Source: Callorhinchus milii
Lineage: Eukaryota
NCBI RefSeq assembly: GCF_018977255.1
Contig: NW_024704742.1
Location: 5,086,001-5,150,000 of the forward strand
DNA: 64,000 nucleotides
Reading direction: 5' to 3'
The notes beneath the pieces were generated by a model. The model made no database searches and had not been told where the DNA came from. It worked only from the letters and a program-made list of their open reading frames with translations. Position numbers and translations under genes: made by a program. The first letter of the stretch is position 1. Each line of letters opens with the position of its first letter. Positions 50,629 through 61,703 of the stretch are shown one piece after another.

Positions 50629-51269
50629 AGTGAAGTTCAGTCAGAGATTTAGGTAAATGGGAGTCTTGCAGTCCTATTAAGGATCATGCATTTTGTGTTG
50701 GGGAAGCAAGGACACACAAACACAGATACACACAGACGCGTGGCATATGTTAAGACATATGTCCTGTGGAATTTTCGAGGCAAGGAACATCGACAATTTT
50801 AGCTTAAAGGAAAACGTCAGGCTGCAAGCAGCCTCTAATTAACACTGACAGCACTCCTCTACCACCGAATGCTTGGCAATAATTCAGTTTCATCATTCCA
50901 CCGACAACGGGGAGAAAACTGAAGCACCGGGGGCACTTTCCACTTGCTGACGACCATCAGCAGCTTTTGCCCATCGGATCATGAAGGTGTTTATTAAGAG
51001 CCTGGGGGTTTCCTTTAAGATAGCCAAATAATGGCCACATCGCACCATAGATTTATTCTTTCTGCGGTGTGGTATCGTATCAGTGTAGATTTCACCTCCA
51101 GGGAAAGGATTTCACTTAAATCTCAAAATGCAAATGCCCCTTGCTTGTAGACGTGAGCTTGTAGCCTTGGCAGAGAAGTTGTCAAAACAGACAGTTTCTT
51201 TGTATTTAAATGCGCATCTTCATCAAAGCCAATTCCCAATGGTGAAAAGAGACAGGAGGTTTAATCTAT

Positions 51270-51610
51270 GCATTGGGCGGTACAGGCATTGAAACCACTG
51301 CCCACACTTCTTTCAGGCCCTTGGTTCAAATCCAGCAAAGGCAAACGAGAAGCAAAATTCTCTCTCCGCTCACTGTAAATGCCCTGAATGAAATGGGAAG
51401 TAAAAGCCGTCACAATTCTATTTGACCAAGTTCACAATTTTCCACTGTATCATCAATCTCACTCAGAACAAAGACAACGCTGGTTGATATGGAAAATGAA
51501 CACACTGTCATAGTGTGCGTAGTGCTGGTGGGGGGGGTTGGGGGGGGAGCCTGAGGAAATATGAGACAGAGTGCTTGTTTGAGCCATTGTATAAGGAGCT
51601 ATGCTTCGTA
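51270..51610 (+). mobile_element. Ancient SINE remnant, LF-SINE-like (name from recall)
   Basis: B-box-like ggttcaaatccagc followed by ...ctctctccgctcactgtaaatgccctgaatgaaatg. Confidence 0.35.
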
Positions 51611-52091
51611 TTTACTTATTCTTTGCGGTTTCCTGCAAATCAAATTCCCGCCGGCTAGACGGGCAGTGTTGGGTAATATAATTGGTTCGAATGGCATTGG
51701 ATTAGGAAAGTCAAAATCAATCAAGTGTTCCTCCTCCTCCTTCTTGCTCCTGATCGCAGATCAGTGACTCCTGATCGAAGGTGCATGTGTAAATATCAGG
51801 TGAGACCAGCATCAGGTTCTGTTATGTATGGGTCCTCCCATTCCTGGTCAAAGCCAAAATTCACTGAGAGGTACTGGAGTGGATACTGAAATGCTGTACT
51901 CTGTCCAGCGCTTTGGGATGTCCTCGCGACGTGAAAGGCGCTATACAAATGTAATCGTGTTGTTTTTGTTGTTGGTACTGACACCTTGAAATTATATCCC
52001 AGCCGATAGTAAAGAAAGGAATCAAATGCTTTTAGAAAAAAATGTGATTGGGGAAATAAAAACAAAGTAGCAGACATATCAGCAGGCACTT

Positions 52092-52415
52092 AATAATAAT
52101 AATAATAATCCTTGCATTTGATATAGCGCTTTTCATGTCAGGAGGACATCCCAAAGCGCTTCACAGAACACACTGTAAAGTGAATTGACTGTATATTTGT
52201 GGGCGAACGCAGCAGCCAATTGCGCACAGCAATGTCCCACAAACAGTCGTAGATTGAAAATGACCAATTTATTATTGTTTTGGTTTTGGAGGGATTATTA
52301 TTAGGCTCTGTGTGGAGTAAGGAAACTTGCCCAAGGTTTCGCCCTCTGCCTGGAATTGAACTCAGGTCTCTCACTTGCAAAGCGAGTGCTCTAACCACTG
52401 AGCTACAGGACTCCA
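52092..52415 (-). mobile_element. Young SINE, full length, short subfamily; second tail fragment at about 52444-52540
   Basis: Has the short-subfamily junction gagggattattattaggctctgtgtggag. Confidence 0.9.
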
Positions 52416-54115
52416 CTTTGACACAGTAAATAAGTCACTGCGATGATAATAATCCTTACATTTGATATCACATCTTTGAGATATCTCAAAGCGCTTCACA
52501 GAATATACTGCAAAGTGAATGGACTGTATATTTTGTGTGCGCTGTTGAGAATTGGGCCAGAAGAAGCAATATCAAAAGAATGTCAAAATGTGAACTCTTT
52601 TCTTATGTGTCAACATGACTTTGTTGGTAGCAAGCTTGTTTATGAGTCAGAAGGTTGTAGGTTCAAACCCCACATCTTCATTAAGATTACCATCTGAGTT
52701 TATACTTCAGTCCCGTACTGGGGAGAATTATTTTGTCAGAGGTACCGTCCTTCATTTGAGATGTTAAACAGAGGTCTGTTCGGGTGATATTAATGAGAGG
52801 ATTATTCAAAAAGACCAGAAATTCTCATTTTGTGCTCGTTAATAATCCACCAGATAAACTGGTCTTTCATCGCACGAATGTGGTCCGATCCTTTTTTCAC
52901 ATTACTTTGGAAGAACTGAATGAAAGAGTGATTCAAGTACCTGTTAGGATTTTGAGCGTTAACCTCAGCAAATTTTAACCAACCGAAAATGTCAGTTTGC
53001 AAGAGATTGCTGTAAGAAAATTGTTTGTCGACAAATACTGAGTCAGTACACTTAACAGGCGTTCCCCATGAATTCCCTGCAACAATTTGTCGTTACTGGC
53101 GCTATGTCAAATGCAAGGGTTATTATCACTTTTCTAGGAAAAATCCTGAAAGTGCCAAACCTCAGCTAGCGGTTATCTACTCAGTAGAACAGGCCTGAAC
53201 TTTGGAGGTGGCTGAGTAATTCTGTAAAACAAAGAGTGTGGTTTCCCTGAGGCGCAAGGTGTTCTTGGAATGGAAAAATACAAGGATGGGGATAGTCAAC
53301 GTCAAAGAGCCTGAACCACTTAAAAATCTAGCACTCAAGAGTAGGTAACGAGGACAGCATACCCAAGGGTTTCGCTTGCAATTTGCAGCATTACCATAGC
53401 ATCACGGGCATATTTGAGCTACAAGAGACTTGAACTAAACGGTCAAAAACAAAGCAACTGAAAAGCCCTCAGACAAGGATCTTCTCCTGGGCGACTCATG
53501 AAATTGTAAAGAGTTTGATAAAGAAGGATGAGCACCAGCACATTTCCGTGTAAACCTTTTTCAGAAAAGATTCAGAACAGTTGCAATCCTCTTGGAGGTT
53601 GAGGGGCATCTATTCCAGGACATTTTCCCCACTAGTGTTGTTGGCTCCTTTATTCGCATTACAGTACATTGGAAGAAATGAATAAAAGAGCAATTCAACT
53701 AACTATCTGTTAGGATTTTGAGCATTAAGTTAAGAGAATTTTCCATCATTCCATGCTATCAAAGTTTAATGGTTTTAAGGCTGACACCATGAGAATTTTT
53801 GGGAGTCAGTTACGACAGATATCTGAAATGAACGATGCACATTTTTCCTCACTATAATCTAATGAACATAGAGCTCTATTAAATTACAATCGGAACATAA
53901 TTCCTTTATTTTTTGATCAAGACCTCTGCTGAAAACACCTTTGATCAATCAGAATAACCGAATAGCTCAGTTCATGACACTGCTTTTGACCACATGAAAT
54001 AAGGACAAATTTCATAGCTGCTACTTATTTTAAGGTAATTTAGGATAATCAAATGTCACCGTGGACATTTTACCCACACACACCAATATGATCTCCTTGA
54101 AAAAGCACACCTTAC

Positions 54116-54245
54116 CTGCCATCATCTTCTGTGCCTCATAAGGCTCCATGTATCCATTATTTTCAAACTCTTGCTTTTTGGTAGTTTTATTCTTTAACTC
54201 GTTTTGGACGTCGAAAGGGTCTGCGTAATCATCCCTGATAGCAAC
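54116..54245 (-). CDS. SHB: SHB internal coding exon (probable exon 2), 130 nt
   Basis: Acceptor tttttactttttcag|GTT and donor GCAG|gtaagg. Encodes VAIRDDYADPFDVQNELKNKTTKKQEFENNGYMEPYEAQKMMA plus 1 nt, with the SHB/SHD/SHE/SHF YxxP motifs YADP and YMEP. Absent from the supplied ORF track. Confidence 0.95.
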
Positions 54246-54389
54246 CTGAAAAAGTAAAAATGTGTTTCATTTTACTCTTTTATTTGTAAACATGATCAAC
54301 ACATGAAAAACGTTGGAAATGTCAGATCACAGGCTTTTTGGAAAAAGCCCTATCTCCTGATCAACGAGTTGTGATTAGAAATGATTAAA

Positions 54390-54905
54390 AAAGATTAAAA
54401 ATGCAATGTTGGGTTTAATCACAAGAGTAATGGTATATATTAACAAGGAAACCCTGCTCCAATTTTACAGCAGATTGATCACAACTCATATGGAATACTA
54501 TGTTTAGTTTTGGGGGTTCACCTGTGGATGGGTATAGTGGCCTTGGAGAAAATCCAACGTCTATTCAGCAGATGATACCTGGGATTAAATAATTTACCCA
54601 TGAGAAGCCTAATAAATTGGAGTTAAATTAATATATTCGGGTGGTTGAGGGGTAATCTGATGTGGGGAATCCAGGACAAGAGATCAAACTTTAATATTAG
54701 ATATCAAATGGCGAATATAGAAAACATTCCTTTCGAAATGAGAACATGGAATGAACTGCCATTCAAGAGTGGGATTGTCAGGTACTTGGTGAGAAAAGAT
54801 GGTAACAAGGTATGGAGAAAATGGAGGAAACTGAATTAAATAGTTGTTTTATACTGAATGGTAAAGCAAGTTTGACCACCTGAATGGCCAACTCTTGATC
54901 CGATA
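54390..54905 (+). mobile_element. CR1-clade LINE 3' fragment, old
   Basis: aatgcaatgttgggtttaatc...ggaatactatgtttagttttggg...gaatggccaactcttgatcc. Confidence 0.72.
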
Positions 54906-55237
54906 TCCCCTTTGACTTCAGCTTTGGGTGACCGTTTCTAAAATATGACACTTAAGACTGCAAAATTGCATTAATAATTGTTCATTAGTTTCTCTTTAGG
55001 AGAGACTAACTTAATGACATCAGTGGTTGACACAACATGTACACACATATTTGCTCTGTAGTTGCTTATTACTGATTTGCTTTTTAATAGTTAATTATAT
55101 TTCTACTCCTAATACACTGTTCATCCATCGGCTCATCTCACCGGTTGCCGTAAGACAGTAGAGAATCTATCAGTTCGTGAGCTGAAACAACAAAGTAGCT
55201 CAGAGTCTTGAGCAGCACTGTGTTTTCCAAATAACAG

Positions 55238-55585
55238 ATAATAATAATCCTTGCATTTGACATAGCGCCTTATCACATCTTCGAGATGTCTCAAAGCGCT
55301 TCACAGTGAAATGACTGTATATTTTGTAGGCGAAATGCGGCAGCCAATTGCGCACAGAGTGTCCCACAAACAGTCGTGGATTGAGTGACCAAATTATTAT
55401 TTTGTATTCATTTTTTGGAAGGGATTGTTACACCCGGAAAAGCGATCCACCAATCGACTAACAACCGGGTTCCTATTTCCTGCTAGGTAAACAGAGGGTG
55501 TGGAGTAAGGAAACTTGCCCGATGTTTCACCAGGACCTCTCGCTTGAGAGGCGAGTGCTCTAACCACTAAACTTCAGGACTCCAC
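55238..55585 (-). mobile_element. Young SINE, near full length (B box deleted)
   Basis: Tail, long body and A-box half of the head. Confidence 0.9.
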
Positions 55586-56619
55586 AATACATTGATTTTA
55601 GAGCAGAAATCTAATCTCAGAGATTAAAATGATGGTTATAAGGCACTTGAGCTCCAGACATCCATCTGAACTCCTAAATTGGCTTGTTTGTCCCCATCTG
55701 CCAACACACACACACACCGATTACTTACAGCCATGAAATGATTCCATAGCAACAATCAGCTGAAGTAGAAGTAAGTTTCCCCACCACAGACAAAAAAAAT
55801 TCAGCTCAAAACCAACTCGATCAAATTGTCCAGTCCAATCTGCAGAAAAGTCATTGCCTCACATTGCCAGCTATACTCTTGTGGTTCTGATTTAAATATT
55901 AGCAAATACTTTGTCCGCATAATTATGTGCTTCCTGTAACAAGGGCAAATGTTGCTAACAAGGAGATATTCTAAGGAGGTTTCAAAAATCAAACAAAAAT
56001 CTATATTCTATGTGATTCTCATGCCGATATGGGCTTGGGAAAAATCTATTGTTTCTGGTCAAGAGATTTGGATAAAGCAACATTGCTGGAGGTACAGAGA
56101 CACAATAATGTCACTGCGATTGGAATCCACAGGGACTAAATCCTCAACTAAACAACGCATGTTCACAACACACAGTGCCTTCGATTTTCATTCCTTTCTA
56201 TACAAATTCTGAACAAAGGAAGAGAAAAAAAATGCACGCAGCAAGAGCAGTCCCAATGGAAAGGGACCATTTGTTGCGAGAGGAGAAAATTCTACCCCGT
56301 GATTCATGGATCAGCCACGGCAAAAGAAACACAAACCAGTAACAACAGGATTGAACACTGGGTCCTGTGGTGTGTTTCGGCATGAGCAGAGCATGAGCAC
56401 TGTTTAATTCATTGTGCATCCCATTGCTCCCATGCTCTCCAAATTGCTTCATGCAGATATAAAGATAAAGCTTTTGGTTTCCTGGGCTCTTGAACAAGTA
56501 TACACAAAAAACATAGCTGCTCTAATATTCCACCACTATAACAATGGTGGTTTCCTGGTTACCAACATAGTCGATCTTTTTATTGAGGAAAGTTCAGGTT
56601 TAGCACTGTCAGCCATATG

Positions 56620-56915
56620 TAAACCTTAGGTAAGTTTCCTTACTCCACACGCCTCTGCTTAACTAGCAGTAAGTCGAAACCCGGTTGTTACTTGATTGGC
56701 GGATCACTTTCTGGGCATAATAATCCCTTAGAACATTTTGTTTGCTTGTTTAAATAATAAGTTGGGTCACTCGGTCCACGACTGTTTGTGGGACACTGCT
56801 GTGCGCAATTGCCTGCTGTGTTTTGTTCACAAAATATTCAGCCAATTCACTTTACAGTATATTCTGTGAGGCGCTATAAGACATCTTAACGACATGATAA
56901 GGTGCTACAACAAAT
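56620..56915 (+). mobile_element. Young SINE, headless
   Basis: Body and tail match the family. Confidence 0.87.
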
Positions 56916-57119
56916 TGTGAAATTAGCAACTGGGTTTACAATGCAATCTACTGCATTATGTGTAAGCCACATATTAAACATTCTTTTGTTGGATGACTCA
57001 GATGGTAGCCTCTGATCAGAAGGATGTGGGTTCAAGCCAAAGGTTGTGACTTTGAGTTCATAGTCCAGGCTGACATTCCAGCACAGTACTGGTGGGTTGG
57101 TGCATTATTGGGAGCTTTG

Positions 57120-57482
57120 AGAGTCTAGAGTTCAATTCCCGGAAGGGCGAAACGTTGGGCAAGTTTCCTTACTCCACACGCCTCTTAACTCCTTACCCTA
57201 CACGCCTCTGTTTACCTGGCAGTAAATAGAAACTCAGTTGTTAGTCGATTGGCTTTTCCGGGAGAAATAAATCTTTCAAAAAAATAAAAATAAATTGGTA
57301 ACTCAATCCACGACTGTTTGTGGGACGCTGCTGTGCGCAATGAGCTGCTGTGCTTCGCCCACAAAATATACAGTCAATTCACAGTATATTCTGTGATGCA
57401 CTTTGAGATGTCTTGAAGACATGATAAGCCACTGTACCAAATGCAAGGATTATTATTATTATATCAAGTGCAAAGATTATTA
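57120..57482 (+). mobile_element. Young SINE with a small internal duplication and doubled tail
   Basis: tccttactccacacgcctct repeated at about 57167-57209; tail motif repeated. Confidence 0.86.
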
Positions 57483-57883
57483 CAGTGAACTCAGAAGAGC
57501 CCGGCAAAACAGGGCTTGTGTGAACATAGGACAGGGATAGGATCAAGCTCAACTCTGATGCCCTCCCTTTGTAGAATCTAAAGTGATGATGGGTGGCTAC
57601 CAACTCTTGTTTCACACCACAACATGTGTCAGAACCTTCATGAAAGAAGGGGTGAGGAGAGACTTGGTGTGGGAGAGAAGAGAAAGTAAATCTATGTGAA
57701 AATAATGGTTACTGAAAAGACCAGGTTGTACGACGATTTATCTTCTTTCGAGGAAAAGATCACTGAATAAAAAATAGGAAATCCCAACAGCACAAACAAG
57801 GTTTAAAAGATACGCTACTCGGAGTATCTCTTTGTAGTTACGAGAGACTCAAAAGAAATTGTAGGCTGGACGAGAGAGGTAAG

Positions 57884-57950
57884 TGACTAAATCTGATATG
57901 CTCTTAGTGGGCAGCAAAGCTTCACAGTCATAGCATATCAGATTTAGTCA
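57884..57950. repeat. Perfect 19-bp inverted repeat with a 29-nt spacer
   Basis: TGACTAAATCTGATATGCT ... AGCATATCAGATTTAGTCA. Confidence 0.93.
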
Positions 57951-58444
57951 GTTCTCCTCCACCGAAAAAAGGCAGCTGTGATCAAAAGGCCATAGCTAAG
58001 TAGCAATAAAAGCTGGCACTGCTGGAATCACGCTGTAGGTCAATCTGAATTTGAATGAGAAAGTTGGTTAATGTTTCATTAAAGAACTCGGAGTTCTGAC
58101 AAAAGGTCATACTCTAAACAGTAAATCATCTGTGCATTTCCAGCTATTTTTCGAGACTTTTTGGTTTCGCTTTGAAGTGGCAAGCTTCAATCTTTACATG
58201 GATTCAGTGATTCTGCCAGAATCACAAGGTTCTCAAATCAAAACATTGGATCAGTTAAAGGGAACGGATCTCCTGGTCAGAACATGTGCAAATGTTAACA
58301 TGTGTAAATGTGATAAGTAGTGTCACTGAAAATCTAGAGATTTGGAATCTCTACATAAAGGGTACTACACAGGAATTACAAGGCTGAACGGGAGTGTTGG
58401 AAGTTCAGATATTGACACAGAAAATATAATAAAATTGAAAGCTT

Positions 58445-58653
58445 AGTAATTCCTTCAAAATAAATAATAATAATTTGGTCACTTCAATCCCACGACTGGT
58501 TTGTGGGACGTTGCTGTGCGCAATTGGCTGCCACGTTTCGCCCACAAAATATAGTCAATTCACTTTACAATATATTCTGTGAAGCGCTTTGAGACGTCTA
58601 GAAGACGTGATAAGGCGCTTTATCAAATGCAAATATAATTAATATTATTATTA
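58445..58653 (+). mobile_element. Young SINE, 3' half
   Basis: Body and tail match the family. Confidence 0.88.
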
Positions 58654-59119
58654 TGGGCATAGGCCAATCAGATTACCAACACTCTTTTGCATCAGTGACA
58701 ATGATGCAGACAGTTTTTCTCAAAAGTAGAAAAAAAAATCTACACAGTATTTTGTTGCGGTTTAGTACACAAGAAATCTGAAAATGGCCAAAATGCAAAC
58801 TGTAAAAGATGCTATCAAATAACTCCAAACCATTCGAGTTGTTTCAGCCTGAATAACTGGGACTTGCTCGGTGCAATAAAACCTTTAAAAACAAAACTTT
58901 TAACGTGTGGTGGGAAGATTTTGAATCTCTACATAACGGGCTCTACCCAGGCTTAGAAGGCTGGACAGTCAAATCTATATTACTGGAGCGTTGAGCAGAA
59001 ATCTAGCTCTCAAATATTCCCACAACTGAGGTGGGGCAAGTGGAAGAATCATTTATTCAAATGGTGTTTGCTGTTTACCATCTCCACCGGGCACCAGCAA
59101 GAATCACTGCCAAAGACAT

Positions 59120-60350
59120 TCGGCGAGGGGATGCTGCATTGTCGGAGGTGCCATCCTTTGGATGATGCATTTAAATCGAGGTCCTGTCTGCATGTTCAGG
59201 TGGACGTTAAAGATCCCACAATACTAGTGGAAACAGAAGCGAGTTTCTGTTGGTGTCCTGGCAAACAATTCCCCCCAAATTCACTCCATAGCTGTTTGTG
59301 GGACATCGCTGTGTGAAAATTTGCTGCCGTGAATAAGAACATAAGAACATAAGAACATAAGAATTAGGAGCAGGAGTCGGCCATTCAGCCCCTCGAGCCT
59401 GTGCCCCGCCATTCGATAAGATCATGGCTGATCTTCAGACCTAACTCTGATTACCTGCCCTATCCCCATATCCCCTAATCTCTCTATTTTTCAAGAATCT
59501 ATCAGTCTCAACCTTGAAAATGTTCAAGGACTGAGCATCTACAGCCTTCTGGGGGAGTGAATTCCATAAACTCACTGCCCTCTGAGTGAAGAAATGTTTC
59601 CTCAACTCTGTTCTAAAAGGCTGACCCTTAATTTTAAGACTGTGACCCCCGGTTATAGATTCTCCCACCAGGGGAAACAGTCCCTCAGTGTCTACTTTAT
59701 CAGCCCTTTAAGAATCTTATATGTTTCAATAAGATCTCCCCTAATTCTTCTGTACTCTTAAGAGAATACAGCCCCAGTTTATTTGGCCTATCCTCATAGG
59801 TCAGTCCCCTCATCCCAGGAACTAACCGAGTGAATCTACGCTGCACCCCCTCTCGGGCAAGTATGTCCTTTTTTAAATAAGGAAACCAAAACTGCACACA
59901 ATACTCTCGGTGCAGTCTCACCAAAGCCCTATACAGTTGCAGCAAGACTTCCCTACTCTTGTACTCTAAACCTTTTGCAATGAACGCTAACTGCCGTTCG
60001 CCTTCTTAGTTGCTGCTGCACCTGCAAACTAACTTTTTGAGACTGGTGTACAAGGACTCCCAAATCCCTCTGAACACTAACACTATCTAATCTCTCCCCT
60101 CTAGAAAATAATCTGTTTTTCTATTTTTTCTACCGAGGTGAATAACTTCACACTTCCCCACATTAAATTCCATCTGACACCTACTCGCCCACTCCCCTCG
60201 CCTATCTATATCCCATTGCAATCTTTTTGCATCATCCTCAGAGCTTACTCTCCCACCTAATTTAGTGTCAGTAAATCCGCCTACAAAAATTCAGTGACGA
60301 CACTTTACAGTAAATCCTGTGAAGGAATTTGAAAGGTCCACCCGATGCGA
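59120..60350 (+). mobile_element. Older Deu-domain SINE split by a CR1 insertion (pieces at about 59120-59331 and 60277-60350)
   Basis: Core ends ...aatttgctgccgtg and resumes ccgcctacaaaaattcagtgacgacactttacag after the CR1. Confidence 0.7.
59333..60270 (-). mobile_element. CR1-clade LINE, 5'-truncated (~940 bp)
   Basis: LQLYRALVRLHREYCVQFWFPYLKKDILAREGVQRRFTRLVPGMRGL...GHSLKIKGQPFRTELRKHFFTQRAVSLWNSLP; 3' octamer tail (TTCTTATG)n. Confidence 0.93.
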
Positions 60351-61209
60351 AAGATTGTAGTTATTTTATGTCAAATAAGGATTGAAGTTATTTTTTGACT
60401 TGGTTCACTCTTCCCTTAAATCACTGTGAACATAACAAATTAAGACATTGTTGATCCTCAGCTGACCTAGGTATGTAAACACCGTGTACCCTGTCAGATA
60501 AATAAATTGGGGAAATATATTCACCATATTGTAATAAAAATGTAATGAATGGTAGAACTTTTCACTGGGGTCAGTTCCTCTTTAGACTTATACGGCTATA
60601 AACAAGAACGTCAATCAATCTTCCTTTCAGAGTGAATTCCAGTGTATGTCAGAGGTGAGGGATTGTGGAGAACAGGTTGTGTTTACTGGAGTATTTTATG
60701 GCCGTAAACCAACCACATTAAGCAATCGCGGATGTGACCCTCCCTAATTTCAACATTCTTTATCCTCCTCGCAAAGCACGAGTGGGAGTGAAGAGGTGGC
60801 AGCAGTTTTCTTATGTAGTTGTAAATTTAAACCGAGTCTGCTTGTAATCTGCCCCAGAAGCTGACAGTAAAAAGAGATTTAAATAACGAGTAGTATAGTG
60901 AGGACATCACACTGTTGCATTGGACGCATCTCGTCTTTGAGAGTTCTCCAAAAACATGACAAAGCCCCATGTTTCAGAGCCTAAAACATTTGCCAAAGTA
61001 TTTGCCTGGATTATTCTTGTTAATACAAAAACGATTGGTGCGATAAAGCCAACTAATTTGTTGCTACCTTTTCAGCCTGTATAGCATACAATGCACACTC
61101 CCCTCCTTTCTCTTACTTTCGTGAGTTTCTTTGCGATTGGAAATGCTTGAAGAAAGGTTTCTGAAATTGATGAGGCTTCACACGTGGGCGATTGCATTTT
61201 GGTTCAATT

Positions 61210-61703
61210 ATTCCCAAACTCCACTGCCCGGATACTCTCCCGCAGAAAACTCCGTACCCCCATCGTGCCAGTCCTTGCCAAGCCCCAGTGGCTCCCAATT
61301 GCCGAAGGGATCGATTTCAACATCCTCTCACTCGTTTTCAAATCCCTTCACGCCCTCGCACCTCGCTACCTCTCCGACCTGCTCACCCCCCACTCCACCA
61401 CTCGCTGTCTCCGCTCGGCTGTCTCCGCCCTCCTGTTTGTACCCCTCCACTCCACCATCGGTGGCCGTGCCTTCAGCCACTACGGCCCGAAACCCTGGAA
61501 CTCTCTCCCTCAATCCCTCCGCCTGGCACCCCCCCTCCCTCCACGCCTTCAAATCCCACTTAAGGACCTTCCTTTTTCACGGTGCTCACAGTCACCTCCC
61601 CCCTCCCCTCCCTCTCCCCCTGGCTCCGTCACTCGAAAGTCAAGAGTCCGCCACTCGAACTCTACCCTGTGTGATGGACTCTATAGAAATGCAAGTTGTT
61701 GTT
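61210..61703 (+). mobile_element. L2-clade LINE 3' fragment
   Basis: ORF 61184..61708: NSTARILSRRK...IDFNILSLVFKSLHALAPRYLSDLL...STIGGRAFSHYGPKPWNSLP; (GTT)n tail. Confidence 0.9.

Larger units (their letters stand above)
773..54245 (-). other. SHB: SHB gene, partial: three internal coding exons plus introns; gene extends beyond both window ends
   Basis: Three exons join in frame (phase 0 / 1 / 1 / 2) to give VAIRDDYADPFDVQ...YMEPYEAQKMMA-E-IHRQESQKKGIQLYDTPYEPE...YDQPWEWNKVTVPNFA-A-QFNGIEKKQSS...IKHGSPEFCGILGERVDPTAPLEKQV, which matches my recollection of vertebrate SHB up to the SH2 domain start. Introns are about 38.0 kb and 15.0 kb. Confidence 0.93.
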
